From NCBI GenBank assembly GCA_043821645.1, contig JBDRCO010000049.1, positions 12,751 through 76,750 on the forward strand: a stretch of DNA of 64,000 nt, read 5' to 3'. The notes beneath the pieces were generated by a model, which worked only from the letters and a program-made list of their open reading frames with translations, was not told where the DNA came from and searched no databases. This stretch comes from Pseudomonadota bacterium (lineage in GTDB: Bacteria > Myxococcota > JACRCW01 > JAFGSX01). Both the position numbers and the translations under genes were made by a program. Within the stretch, counting starts at the first letter, position 1; each line of letters starts with the position of its first letter. Of this stretch, positions 1-9,206 are shown piece after piece.

Positions 1-281
1 ATACCGAGGTGCGCGCCGAGGTCTCGGCCTATCTGTCGACACTGGCCTGGAGCGGATCCCCGGCCACGGCACTGTTTCAGGCCTGCCACTCGGTGCGTGA
101 CGACGACGGTGCCCATGGCAGGGCGCTGAATTTCCTGCTCGCGCAGCTCGACGTGAGCTGCACCAGATCTCCTCCGCCCTTTCTGGCCGATCGGGCCCGG
201 GCCCTCGAGCGCGAGCTGTTCGAGCGCAGCCAGCCCGTCCGCCTGGGCGCAGATTTTCCGCAGCGCGTGCTGCTACCCTGA
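1..281 (+). CDS. hypothetical protein, 3' part (runs off the left edge)
   Basis: Open frame from the window start to TGA at 279-281 with GC3-rich codons; converges on and overlaps the mfd stop by 9 nt. Confidence 0.5.
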   Translation, partial: TEVRAEVSAYLSTLAWSGSPATALFQACHSVRDDDGAHGRALNFLLAQLDVSCTRSPPPFLADRARALERELFERSQPVRLGADFPQRVLLP

Positions 282-3200
282 GCGCGTTCCCGCCGTCTTT
301 GCTGGCACACCCGCGCGTTGCAGGGTCTCGTTGAGGAAGCGCCGCGCCAGGTCGACGATGTCCTGGCCCGCCGCGAGCCAGTCGGCGTCACTGGCCGTGA
401 GCACGAGCTTCATCTGAGGTGTCAGGCGAAGCCGCGCGGGTTGCTCGGCGACCCAGGCGGCGATGCGGGCAGGATCCAGACGCACCGAATCTGCAAGGGC
501 CACCACCACACGCGCCGGGTCGTGGCTCCCCTCCCGGGGCGCCATCAGATCGATGGCCCGCGCGGCCAGGCTCTTGAGCAGGACCTTGAGCACCATGACC
601 TCGCACAGGGTACGGACCTCGTCGGGGGCGGGGCCGTAGCGATCCTCGAGGGCGCCCTGCACCTCGTACACATCACTGGTCTCGAGGGCGGTGGCCATGC
701 GCTGGTAAAAAGCCAGGCGCTCGTGCACATCGACGACGTAATCCTCTGGGATGAAGGCCGCCACATGAACGTTGAGCTCGGGCTCGGGCGCCAGGTCCAC
801 ATCGCGCCCCTGCAGCTCTTGCACGGCCTCGGCGAGCAGCTCCGCATACATCTCGTACCCGACCGCAGCCACGTGGCCATGTTGCGACTTGCCCAGCAGG
901 TCGCCGGCCCCGCGGAGTTCGAGGTCGTGCTGGGCGATCTTGAAACCGGCGCCCAGTTCGGCAAAGCGCTGCAGCACCTCGAGCCGCTTGCGAGCCTTGG
1001 GGGTCATGCGCTCCGACGAGGGAGGCACCAGCAGGTAGGCGTAGGCGCGCTCGTGGCTACGGCCGATGCGACCCCGGAGCTGGTAGAGCTGGGCCAGGCC
1101 GAGCTGATCGGCACGGTTGACGATCATGGTGTTGGCGCGCGGGATGTCCAGGCCGCTCTCGATGATCGTCGTCGACACCAGCACGTTGAGTTCACCGCGG
1201 ATGAAGCCGAGCATGACCTGTTCGAGCGGGCCTGGTGCCATTTGACCGTGGGCGACCCCGACCCGGGCCTCGGGGACCAGGCGGCGCAGGAACTCGGCAA
1301 AGGCTGCGATGGACTGCACGCGGTTGTGCACCACGTAGACCTGGCCTCCGCGCCGGAGTTCGCGCTGGATGGCGTCGCGGATGAGGTTCTGATCGAAGCG
1401 GCTCACCGCGGTGCGAATGGCCCGGCGGTCCGCGGGCGGGGTCATGATGATGGAGAGATCGCGCAGGCCAAAGAACGCCATCTGCAAGGTGCGCGGGATG
1501 GGGGTGGCGGACAGGGACAGCACGTCGACGTTGGCACGCAAGGCCTTGATGCGCTCCTTGTCCTTGACGCCGAAGCGATGCTCCTCGTCGACGACGAGGA
1601 GACCCAGGTTCTTGAACCCCACGTCGTGCTGCAGCAGCCGGTGGGTGCCGACGAGGATGTCGAGCTGGCCTTGCCGCGCGCGCTCGAGAACCTGCAGGAC
1701 CTCGGCACTCCGACGCAATCGCGAGATCACGTCGACGCGCACGGGCATGCCTGCGAAGCGCTCGCACAGCGTCAGGTAGTGCTGCTGCGCCAGCACCGTG
1801 GTCGGCGCGAGGATGGCCACCTGCCGGCCTCCCAGGGCCACCAGCATGGCCGCGCGCATGGCGACCTCGGTCTTGCCGTAGCCGACGTCCCCGCACACCA
1901 GGCGATCCATGGGGCGGTCGCGCTGCAGATCCGCCAGCACGTCGGTGATGGCCCGGGCCTGATCCGGGGTTTCCTCGAAACCGAAGCGGCCCTCGAACTC
2001 CCGGTACATGGCGTCGGGGGCGGGATAGGTGACACCGGACACCACCTCGCGCCGGGCATAGATGGCCAGCAGCTCCTGGGCCATGGCCAGCAGAGCCTGC
2101 TTGACGCGGGCGCGGGTCTTGTTCCAGGTCTGTCCTCCCAGCTTGTCCAGACGGGGGCGGTGGCCCTCGGCACCGGAGTAGCGCTGCACCAGATTGATGC
2201 GCGTCACAGGCAGGTACAGCTTGTCGTCGTCACGATAGGTGATGAGCAGGTAGTCCGCCTCGACGCCGCGAACGTTGAGCCGGGTCAGGCCGTGGTAGAC
2301 ACCGACGCCGAAATCGACGTGCACGACGATGTCGCCGTCCTCGAGATCGCCCAGGGTCGTGCGAAAGGGTGTCTTGGTGGCGGTGGTGCGGCGACGGCTG
2401 CGCCGGCCAAAAAAGTCCTCCTCGCTGAAGATCGCCAGCCGCAGATGCGGGAACACCGCGCCACCGGAGGGCAGGCTGGGGACCGCGACCAGGTGGGCGT
2501 GGACCGAGGCCTGGTACAGGCTGGACGCCACTGTGGGATCCAGCAGATCGGGCAGAGCCTCGAGCACCCGGCTCTCCATGTGGTGGTCCGAGAGAAGATC
2601 GCGGAGGCGCTGCAGGCCCCCTCGACCCTGAACCAGGATCAGCGTGACCACGCCGTCCCGGCGCAAGCGGTTCAGCCGGCCGCGCACCGGTGCGAACAGA
2701 TCGGGAGTCTCGTCGCTGTCCGAGGCCTGGCGCGCGATCTGCTCGATCTCCTGGCGCAGGTCGTCGGTGTCACTGCTGACCTCGGCGCGGCAGGTCCCCC
2801 GGCAGTCCAGGCCCAGGGCGTCGATGCGCAGGGTGGCGCGCGCGTCGAGCCAGCTCTGCGCCTCGCTTGCCCCGAGAGCGTGCCAGTGCGGTGCGAAGGC
2901 GAGGCGGCCTCGCCCGCATGCATCGTCGAACCCTTCTGCAAGTTCCTTCCACGCCGAGTCCAGGGCCTCGGCGACGGCCGTGGGCTCGACCAGGACCAGC
3001 TCGTAGGGTGGCGCCAGCATGGCCTCGAGGAGCTGCAGCAGGGCGGGTCGGGGCTGTGGCGAAAAGGCAGGTGCCAGACCCTCGACACCGAAGAAGGGGA
3101 CCCCGTTCTCGACGTCGTGCAGCACGGTGTTGAGCTTGCGGGTGGGAAAGTCCTGGGCATCGGCCTGCTCGCGCAGACGGTCGAGGGCGCAGGCCACGGC

Positions 3201-3899
3201 GTCGGGATCGAACAGCACCTCACGCACAGGCGGAATGGAGATGGCCGGCAGCGCCTCGCCACTTCGCTGGTTGCTGGGGTCGAACTGGCGGATGGTATCG
3301 ACGTCGTCACCGAACAGATCGATGCGCAGAGGCAGGCGGGCTCCGGGCGGGTACACGTCGACTAGGCTGCCGCGCACCGAGAAGGTGGCGGGGTCCTCGA
3401 CCAGGGGAACCCGCGCATAGCCAGCGCGCAGCAAGGCCAGGCTCAGGCTCTCACGACCGATGCTGTCGCCGGGGTGGAGGTGCACGGAGGCGTCGACCAG
3501 CCGCTCCCACTCGAGGGTGCGTCGCATCAGAGCAGGCGCGCTGCATAGCAGCAGGTCCGGCATCTCGCCGTCGGCCAGGCCCAGCAAGATCCCCAGGCGC
3601 TCTCCAGTCACTTCCAGGGACGGAGACGCCGTGGAGTAGGGCGTGCTGTCCTCGAAGGGCAGGTTGCGGATGCGCCCGGCGGACCCGAGGAGAAGCCTGA
3701 GATCTCGTTCCAGGCTCTCGGCCGCGCCAGGGTCCGCGGTCACCAGCAAGGCCGGGCGCGCCCGGTCGCGGAGCTCGCGGGCCAGGGCGCGCGCTGCAGC
3801 CAGGCCACGTGCCCCGGTGATGGTCAGACAGGGGTCCGCCCCACCCTTGGGAGGAGCAGCCCGTTCGCCCGTGGCGAGCCCATGGTCAGTGGAGGTCAA
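273..3899 (-). CDS. mfd: transcription-repair coupling factor Mfd
   Basis: UvrB-like N-terminus (FSVRGSLVDVYP), CarD/RID region (VVHVDFGVG), Walker A GDVGYGKT, DEEH, SATPIPRT, QLRGRIGR, TRG motif DLELRGAGDLLG. Confidence 0.97.
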   Translation of the reverse strand: MTSTDHGLATGERAAPPKGGADPCLTITGARGLAAARALARELRDRARPALLVTADPGAAESLERDLRLLLGSAGRIRNLPFEDSTPYSTASPSLEVTGERLGILLGLADGEMPDLLLCSAPALMRRTLEWERLVDASVHLHPGDSIGRESLSLALLRAGYARVPLVEDPATFSVRGSLVDVYPPGARLPLRIDLFGDDVDTIRQFDPSNQRSGEALPAISIPPVREVLFDPDAVACALDRLREQADAQDFPTRKLNTVLHDVENGVPFFGVEGLAPAFSPQPRPALLQLLEAMLAPPYELVLVEPTAVAEALDSAWKELAEGFDDACGRGRLAFAPHWHALGASEAQSWLDARATLRIDALGLDCRGTCRAEVSSDTDDLRQEIEQIARQASDSDETPDLFAPVRGRLNRLRRDGVVTLILVQGRGGLQRLRDLLSDHHMESRVLEALPDLLDPTVASSLYQASVHAHLVAVPSLPSGGAVFPHLRLAIFSEEDFFGRRSRRRTTATKTPFRTTLGDLEDGDIVVHVDFGVGVYHGLTRLNVRGVEADYLLITYRDDDKLYLPVTRINLVQRYSGAEGHRPRLDKLGGQTWNKTRARVKQALLAMAQELLAIYARREVVSGVTYPAPDAMYREFEGRFGFEETPDQARAITDVLADLQRDRPMDRLVCGDVGYGKTEVAMRAAMLVALGGRQVAILAPTTVLAQQHYLTLCERFAGMPVRVDVISRLRRSAEVLQVLERARQGQLDILVGTHRLLQHDVGFKNLGLLVVDEEHRFGVKDKERIKALRANVDVLSLSATPIPRTLQMAFFGLRDLSIIMTPPADRRAIRTAVSRFDQNLIRDAIQRELRRGGQVYVVHNRVQSIAAFAEFLRRLVPEARVGVAHGQMAPGPLEQVMLGFIRGELNVLVSTTIIESGLDIPRANTMIVNRADQLGLAQLYQLRGRIGRSHERAYAYLLVPPSSERMTPKARKRLEVLQRFAELGAGFKIAQHDLELRGAGDLLGKSQHGHVAAVGYEMYAELLAEAVQELQGRDVDLAPEPELNVHVAAFIPEDYVVDVHERLAFYQRMATALETSDVYEVQGALEDRYGPAPDEVRTLCEVMVLKVLLKSLAARAIDLMAPREGSHDPARVVVALADSVRLDPARIAAWVAEQPARLRLTPQMKLVLTASDADWLAAGQDIVDLARRFLNETLQRAGVPAKTAGTRSG

Positions 3900-3934
3900 G
3901 GTCGTGGGTCAGCAAGAACCGGGCTCGATGGCGC

Positions 3935-4357
3935 TCAGTTGCACACGTTGGCGGTACAGGTGCCGATGGCCGGGTCGCAGCCAGTGAGAGCGTCGGTGTT
4001 GTTCGGGAAGTCCGGCGAGCAGGCCTGGTTGGCTCCGGCGAGGCAATCATAGCCATAAGTGCTGTCCCACAGTGCGCAGTGGAACGGCCCGGCTGTGTCG
4101 GCGGCGCAGTCGGCGCACTTGAGGGTGGTGTCACACCACACCAGCAGGGCGCCATGGCACTCACCGTAGTCGGTGACCGCACCACAGGCCTGGCCCGTGA
4201 AGTCCGCGCAGGTCGGAGCCACGTAGGCGTCGGGACGGGCAGCGTCGCTTGCTCCGGCGTCGTCGTCACCCTCATCGGTAGGCCCGCAAGCCGGGATGCT
4301 GTGCAGGGCGACGGCCACGACGGTCAGAGAAACCAGAATCGACATCGTGCGCTTCAT
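3935..4357 (-). CDS. small Cys-rich lipoprotein
   Basis: Signal peptide ending IPAC, DDDAG linker, about 10 Cys; paralogous to the neighbouring gene. Confidence 0.75.
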   Translation of the reverse strand: MKRTMSILVSLTVVAVALHSIPACGPTDEGDDDAGASDAARPDAYVAPTCADFTGQACGAVTDYGECHGALLVWCDTTLKCADCAADTAGPFHCALWDSTYGYDCLAGANQACSPDFPNNTDALTGCDPAIGTCTANVCN

Positions 4358-4410
4358 GTTTGTCCTCGTGCCCGGACACGCGTGTGCGCTCCGGTGCGCT
4401 TGAATAGGGG

Positions 4411-5175
4411 TCAGATGTCTTCAGTGGTGGCGTCTTCGAGGACGGCATCGGCGGTGCCAGCGTCCTCCAGGGGCGCCGTGTCCGTCGTCGTGGCGTCGGT
4501 GGTGCCGGCATCCACCGCCATGGCCGCGTCGGTGTCCACAGCGCTATCGGTGGCAACGCTGCCGTCCTCGGTCGCGGCATCGGTGCTGACCGTACTGTCC
4601 GTGGTGACGGCGGAATCCGAGGCGGTCCCTTGATCCGGGGACGAGGCGTCGCTCGCGACTGCCGTGTCGTTTCCCGTCGCGGCATCGCTGGTCGTGGCCG
4701 CGTCCTGCATGCCGGCGTCGGTGCCGGCCTGGATGCAGGTCGGGCTGGTGCCGCCGCTGCACTCGAGGCCATCACTCTCGTCGCAAGGGAAGTTCCCGTT
4801 GCAGGTGGTGGCGGGGTCGCAGTTCCAGTAGTCGGGCTCGCAGGCCTGGCTCAGACCCGCCAGGCACTCGTTGAAGGCCCCGTACAAGCCACAGGTGAAA
4901 GGGCCACCCGCGGCCGTGGCACAGTCGCGCTCGACCAGGCAGTTGTTGTCGCAAAAGCGCAGCAGGGTCCCCTGGCACACGCCCTCGACGGTGATGGTGC
5001 CGCAGGCCGCGCTGCAGCCCGAGTCAAAGCCGGCCTCCGTGGTCCCGGTGTCGGTGCCTGCTCTGTCCGTGGGACCGGCGTCGCCTGTCCCGGCGTCGTC
5101 GCCAGCTGGCGGTGGGCAAGCCACCAGCAGAACACCGAGCAACAACACCCAACCCAGCGAAGATGGTTTTCGCAT
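4411..5175 (-). CDS. Cys-rich lipoprotein with Asp/Ala/Thr/Ser low-complexity tail
   Basis: ATG at 5175 behind AGGAG; lipobox LVAC; Cys domain similar to 3935-4357; periodic Asp tail. Confidence 0.8.
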   Translation of the reverse strand: MRKPSSLGWVLLLGVLLVACPPPAGDDAGTGDAGPTDRAGTDTGTTEAGFDSGCSAACGTITVEGVCQGTLLRFCDNNCLVERDCATAAGGPFTCGLYGAFNECLAGLSQACEPDYWNCDPATTCNGNFPCDESDGLECSGGTSPTCIQAGTDAGMQDAATTSDAATGNDTAVASDASSPDQGTASDSAVTTDSTVSTDAATEDGSVATDSAVDTDAAMAVDAGTTDATTTDTAPLEDAGTADAVLEDATTEDI

Positions 5176-5327
5176 GTCTCGTCTCCTGTCTCTCGTCGCG
5201 GCGGAAGGCACGCTGACCGCACCAGGCGCCTAGCCTAGTGGATTCCCCGGACGAAGTCATCCCCAGCTGCGTCTGGTGTCGCGCGTGCCGCTCGCGCTAT
5301 GATGCCCGAGCCTGACGTCAGCGAGCG

Positions 5328-5960
5328 ATGAGCCAGGCAGGGAGAAGAGGCGTGGCCGAGTTCTTGAGCATACGGCGTGCTGCTGGAACACCCCTGGAAG
5401 TACCAGGGCGAGCCCTGCAGCACTTGCCGCTGCGCGTGGACGCCGCGATCCAGGAGACCGAGGCTCGCTGGTGTGGGGATTTCACGGCAACCAGCCATGG
5501 CTTTGGCCACGTGAAGATTCTCCCCGGGCCGCCGCCACCCGGGACCTTCGGCCTGCGCGGGGACACCGTGCACGTGATCGTGGTGTGCGATGGTTTTCAT
5601 CGAGGCATGCTCGCGGATCAGGGCTTGCGCCTCGTGATGGTGGCGGGGCCCCGAGGTCTCGGTACGCTCGCGCCCTCGGATGTCCAGCCCTCGATGCTGG
5701 CGCATGCGGAACTCGACGTGGTGCTGCGCCCGGCGTACACCTGGAAGCACCCCGTGACCTCCGGGCGTGGCGCCGAGCTCCAGGTGGCAGCGGTGCACCT
5801 GCTGGCCAGCGAACTCGAGGCCCTTGCGGCGGATCATTCCGGGCTTGAGATCTACTTCTCCATTCACTCTGGCCGTGGGGTCACCTACATCAACCTTGAC
5901 GGCGTCCCCGGCCACAATTTTCAGATCGATGGGACCTGGCTTCATCCCGCGCCGACCTGA
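5328..5960 (+). CDS. hypothetical protein
   Basis: 210-aa ORF with plausible codon usage filling the gap; no recognised motif. Confidence 0.6.
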   Translation: MSQAGRRGVAEFLSIRRAAGTPLEVPGRALQHLPLRVDAAIQETEARWCGDFTATSHGFGHVKILPGPPPPGTFGLRGDTVHVIVVCDGFHRGMLADQGLRLVMVAGPRGLGTLAPSDVQPSMLAHAELDVVLRPAYTWKHPVTSGRGAELQVAAVHLLASELEALAADHSGLEIYFSIHSGRGVTYINLDGVPGHNFQIDGTWLHPAPT

Positions 5961-6050
5961 GCCCGCTGCCACAAGCTTCCCTCATCCAACAACGAAAAAT
6001 CCCTGGTGGTGGCGTCTTGCCCGGTGCGCATCGCCGATTTTCGGCAGTCC

Positions 6051-9000
6051 TCAGAAGCTGTAGCCGAAGAGGATGTGCGGCGTGACCGCGGGCAGGCGTA
6101 AGGGATCCACGGCCAGATCGAGTGCCACAGGTCCCACCGGCGTCACGTAGCGCAGACCCGTGCCCAGCCCCACACCCATGCGGTGGTTCTGCAGGTCGCT
6201 GACGGTGCTGGTCAGCAGGTCGTCAAAGCGCGGGCTCTCATCGGAGACATAGGCCGCGTCGATGAACACAGCCCACTGCACGTCGCCAATCCACAGGTGA
6301 CCCAGGTTGAGTCGCGCTTCGACGTTGGCCACCACGCCGAGCAGCCCGGGCTTCACCACCACTGCGGGTTCGCAGTTCAGATCCGGCTGCGCATCGCACT
6401 CGTCGCTGCTGCGGCGGAGCCCGTCGTGGTCGATGAACAGGGGCTGGCCCCGGCCGTCGACCACACGCTGGGGCACACCGATGGATCCGAGTTCGTGGCC
6501 ACGCACGGTGCGATCCCCGCCCGCCAGGATGAGCTCGCGTTCCGGGATGAGGCGCCGATCGGCCAGGCGGTAGCTCGGGTCGAGGAGCGCGCCGAGCGCC
6601 GTGCGCAAGCTCCCGGCGAGGGTGAGGCGGCCGATGCTGTAGTAGGCCTGGACACCACCGGCCAGTACCGCGAAGTCGCCCTCACCGAGCAGATAGCGCG
6701 ACCCCAAGGTGGTGCTCACCTGCACCTGCACACCAGACCGGGGGTTGAAGGGATTGTCGATGTCCCGGTACTGCAGCCGAAGAGCCACCGCACCGACGCG
6801 CACGCAGTCGATGAACTCGTCGCGGCAGGTCTGCGACGGATCGCTGAGCACAGGCCCGACCAGGCCGAAATCGTAGCGCGCCGGGTTGCCCAGGGAATGT
6901 GCGTCGAACGAGAGTTCGTAGGATGTGCTCACCATGATGCGTTCGCTTACCGCCAGGTCGAGCTGGAGGCGCGTCGACACCGAGTGCGTGCGCTGCATGT
7001 CCGCGTCGAGTTGCAGGTTGTCGAGGAAGGAACGGCGTCCGCCGGGGCGATCCGACAGGTCATAGCCCCCGCTGAGCGTCAGGGTGAGCGGGGTTCCCCA
7101 GATCCGCGGCCAGGCCGCGCGGGTCCTGGCAAAGGTGTGGCGGCCGATGAAGAGACCGAAACGGCCTGCGAGATCGACGTCCACCATGCGTCCCAGCAAG
7201 TTGCGTTCCCGGAGCTCGGCCTCGAGCCCGAACAGGTCTGCGGTGGAGAAGTTGAGCGAGGTATCCAGGCTCAGGCTCGGCTTCTCCTCGAGCGAGACCT
7301 GATAGGCCAGGTTGGGCTTGCGCGTCTCGATGCCGATGTAGCGTCCGCGGACGCGGGTGAAGAGACCTGTCCGCCGCAGCCGGCGGAGCCCGGCCGAGAC
7401 CTCACGCGGATCCAGGGCCGCCCCGGGCTCGATGGCCATCTCACGGTTGATGACATCGCGTGCTGTATCGAGGTGGCCGTCCACGAGTAGGCTGGAGAGT
7501 CGTGCCCGCGGACCCTCGACGACCAGGATGTGCAGGGCCGGTCTGCCCGCCTGATCGAAGTCGGTGAGCAGCTCGGCCTCGGCGTAGGGAAAACCGCGCT
7601 CCGCATACAGCCCGATGATCCGACCGCGGTCCACGTCGAGGGCCTCGACCAGGAACGGGCCCCCGACCTGGTGCAGCATCACCTTCCGTAGCTCGTCGCA
7701 GGACAGCGATGGAGTCCCGGTACAGGCGATCTCGGCGAGCGTGAAGCTGTCGCCGAGGTTGCTGCGGAACTTCACGCGCAACCGATCGCGCCCATCGCGT
7801 TCGAGGTCTGCCACAACCGACGCCTCGGGATAACCCCGCGCGACGAGGGTGCGCTCGATGTGTCGCCGATCCGCCTCGACGATCTCGTCCACGGCGTGTC
7901 CCAGCTTATCCCAGCCGAGCCAGGCCTCGAGGGGCGCCGGCACGAAGCGCAGCAGGGACAGGGTCAGGTCCTCCAGGCCGTGGGGTTCACGAGACCGCGT
8001 TCCCAGCGTGAGCTGCTCGCGCAATGCGTGCTCGGTCAGGGGCGGCGGGACCCGGATCTGCACTTCGGCCACGTCGAGCCGGGGGCCCCGTTGCAGGTGG
8101 TAGCGCACCTGCACGTGGCGCATGTCCGGCTCCGCTCGTTCGGCTTTCACCTCGGCCAGGGGAAAGCCGTGCTCCTGCAGATAGCGCCGCAGAGCCTGGC
8201 GCCCGCTCTCCACCTCGGTGTCGTCCGTGGTGCCGCTGTCAGCGAAGCTGAGCTGGTCGCGCAGTGCGGTGGCGTCGCCCAGGACCTCACCCTCGAGCAG
8301 AACCTCGAGGTGGGGGCCCGGGTGCACGCGCACCAGCAGGTCCACCGTGCGCGCCTCGAGATCCACCGTGGGTCGGGCGCTGATCTGGGCTTCGGGGTGA
8401 TTGCCCTGTTCGCGATGCTTCCGCTCGAGGGCGTCCACGCGTTCACGCAGGAACAACGGCGAGTACACCTCGAAGAACGAGGGCGTGAGACGCTGCCGGA
8501 TCTCGAGAGCGGAGATCGGACCGGCTCCTTCCACGTCGATGCGACGCACCTGCAGCGTGTGTCCGCCCACGATGGTCACGCGGAGGTCCACCAGACGTCT
8601 GCTTCCGGCGACAGGCTCTGCTGTGATGCGAACCTCGGCACCAAAAATGCCCTCGCGCTCGAGGTAGTCCTGGATGCGGCGGCGCTGCCTCCCCACACGA
8701 TCACTGGTGCCGTCGCGGTCAAGGTCCACGCGTTGCCCTGGTCGCAGGAACAGACGCTTGGCCAGATCACTGCGCAGGATCCGAAAGGGGACCCCCTCGA
8801 AATGAATGCGGCGGATACTGCGGGCGACCGACAGCGCACATTGCAGGACCTGGTGGACGACGGCGCAGCGCGCGGCGCGGTAGCGGCTCAGCGCAAGAAG
8901 CTGTTGCTCGATCTGCTGCAGGCTTGGCGAGTCAATGTGCTCACCGCCCAGGGCGCGCACCATGGTTTCTATTTCCTGGACCTCTCCTGGCAAGGGCTCG

Positions 9001-9206
9001 TCGATGCGAACCTGCACCGCGCGCACGATGTGCAAGGTGGTTGGTGACGCAGGATGCGAACTGGGCGACACCCGAGCGGGTGACGGCTGCGATTCTGGCG
9101 CCGAGGCCGGTGCATCCTGCTCGGCGGCCCGGACCGCGGCTGGCACGGCGAGGGTGATGACAGAGAGGGCGCCCACGAGTGCGGCGGGCTGTGCGAGGGA
9201 TCGCAT
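6051..9206 (-). CDS. Omp85 family (BamA/TamA-like) outer membrane protein with multiple POTRA domains
   Basis: POTRA-like repeats, barrel start ERNLLGR, VRG motif (GGDRTVRGH), GLRYVTPVGPVALD, C-terminal Phe; start overlaps the upstream stop. Confidence 0.9.
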   Translation of the reverse strand: MRSLAQPAALVGALSVITLAVPAAVRAAEQDAPASAPESQPSPARVSPSSHPASPTTLHIVRAVQVRIDEPLPGEVQEIETMVRALGGEHIDSPSLQQIEQQLLALSRYRAARCAVVHQVLQCALSVARSIRRIHFEGVPFRILRSDLAKRLFLRPGQRVDLDRDGTSDRVGRQRRRIQDYLEREGIFGAEVRITAEPVAGSRRLVDLRVTIVGGHTLQVRRIDVEGAGPISALEIRQRLTPSFFEVYSPLFLRERVDALERKHREQGNHPEAQISARPTVDLEARTVDLLVRVHPGPHLEVLLEGEVLGDATALRDQLSFADSGTTDDTEVESGRQALRRYLQEHGFPLAEVKAERAEPDMRHVQVRYHLQRGPRLDVAEVQIRVPPPLTEHALREQLTLGTRSREPHGLEDLTLSLLRFVPAPLEAWLGWDKLGHAVDEIVEADRRHIERTLVARGYPEASVVADLERDGRDRLRVKFRSNLGDSFTLAEIACTGTPSLSCDELRKVMLHQVGGPFLVEALDVDRGRIIGLYAERGFPYAEAELLTDFDQAGRPALHILVVEGPRARLSSLLVDGHLDTARDVINREMAIEPGAALDPREVSAGLRRLRRTGLFTRVRGRYIGIETRKPNLAYQVSLEEKPSLSLDTSLNFSTADLFGLEAELRERNLLGRMVDVDLAGRFGLFIGRHTFARTRAAWPRIWGTPLTLTLSGGYDLSDRPGGRRSFLDNLQLDADMQRTHSVSTRLQLDLAVSERIMVSTSYELSFDAHSLGNPARYDFGLVGPVLSDPSQTCRDEFIDCVRVGAVALRLQYRDIDNPFNPRSGVQVQVSTTLGSRYLLGEGDFAVLAGGVQAYYSIGRLTLAGSLRTALGALLDPSYRLADRRLIPERELILAGGDRTVRGHELGSIGVPQRVVDGRGQPLFIDHDGLRRSSDECDAQPDLNCEPAVVVKPGLLGVVANVEARLNLGHLWIGDVQWAVFIDAAYVSDESPRFDDLLTSTVSDLQNHRMGVGLGTGLRYVTPVGPVALDLAVDPLRLPAVTPHILFGYSF

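Noticed and set aside
318..3365. 1015-aa antisense ORF over mfd (also 41698-44847 over rpsA, 14884-16491, 52453-53826 and others)
   Set aside because: Shadow ORFs expected from high-GC3 codon usage; no motifs
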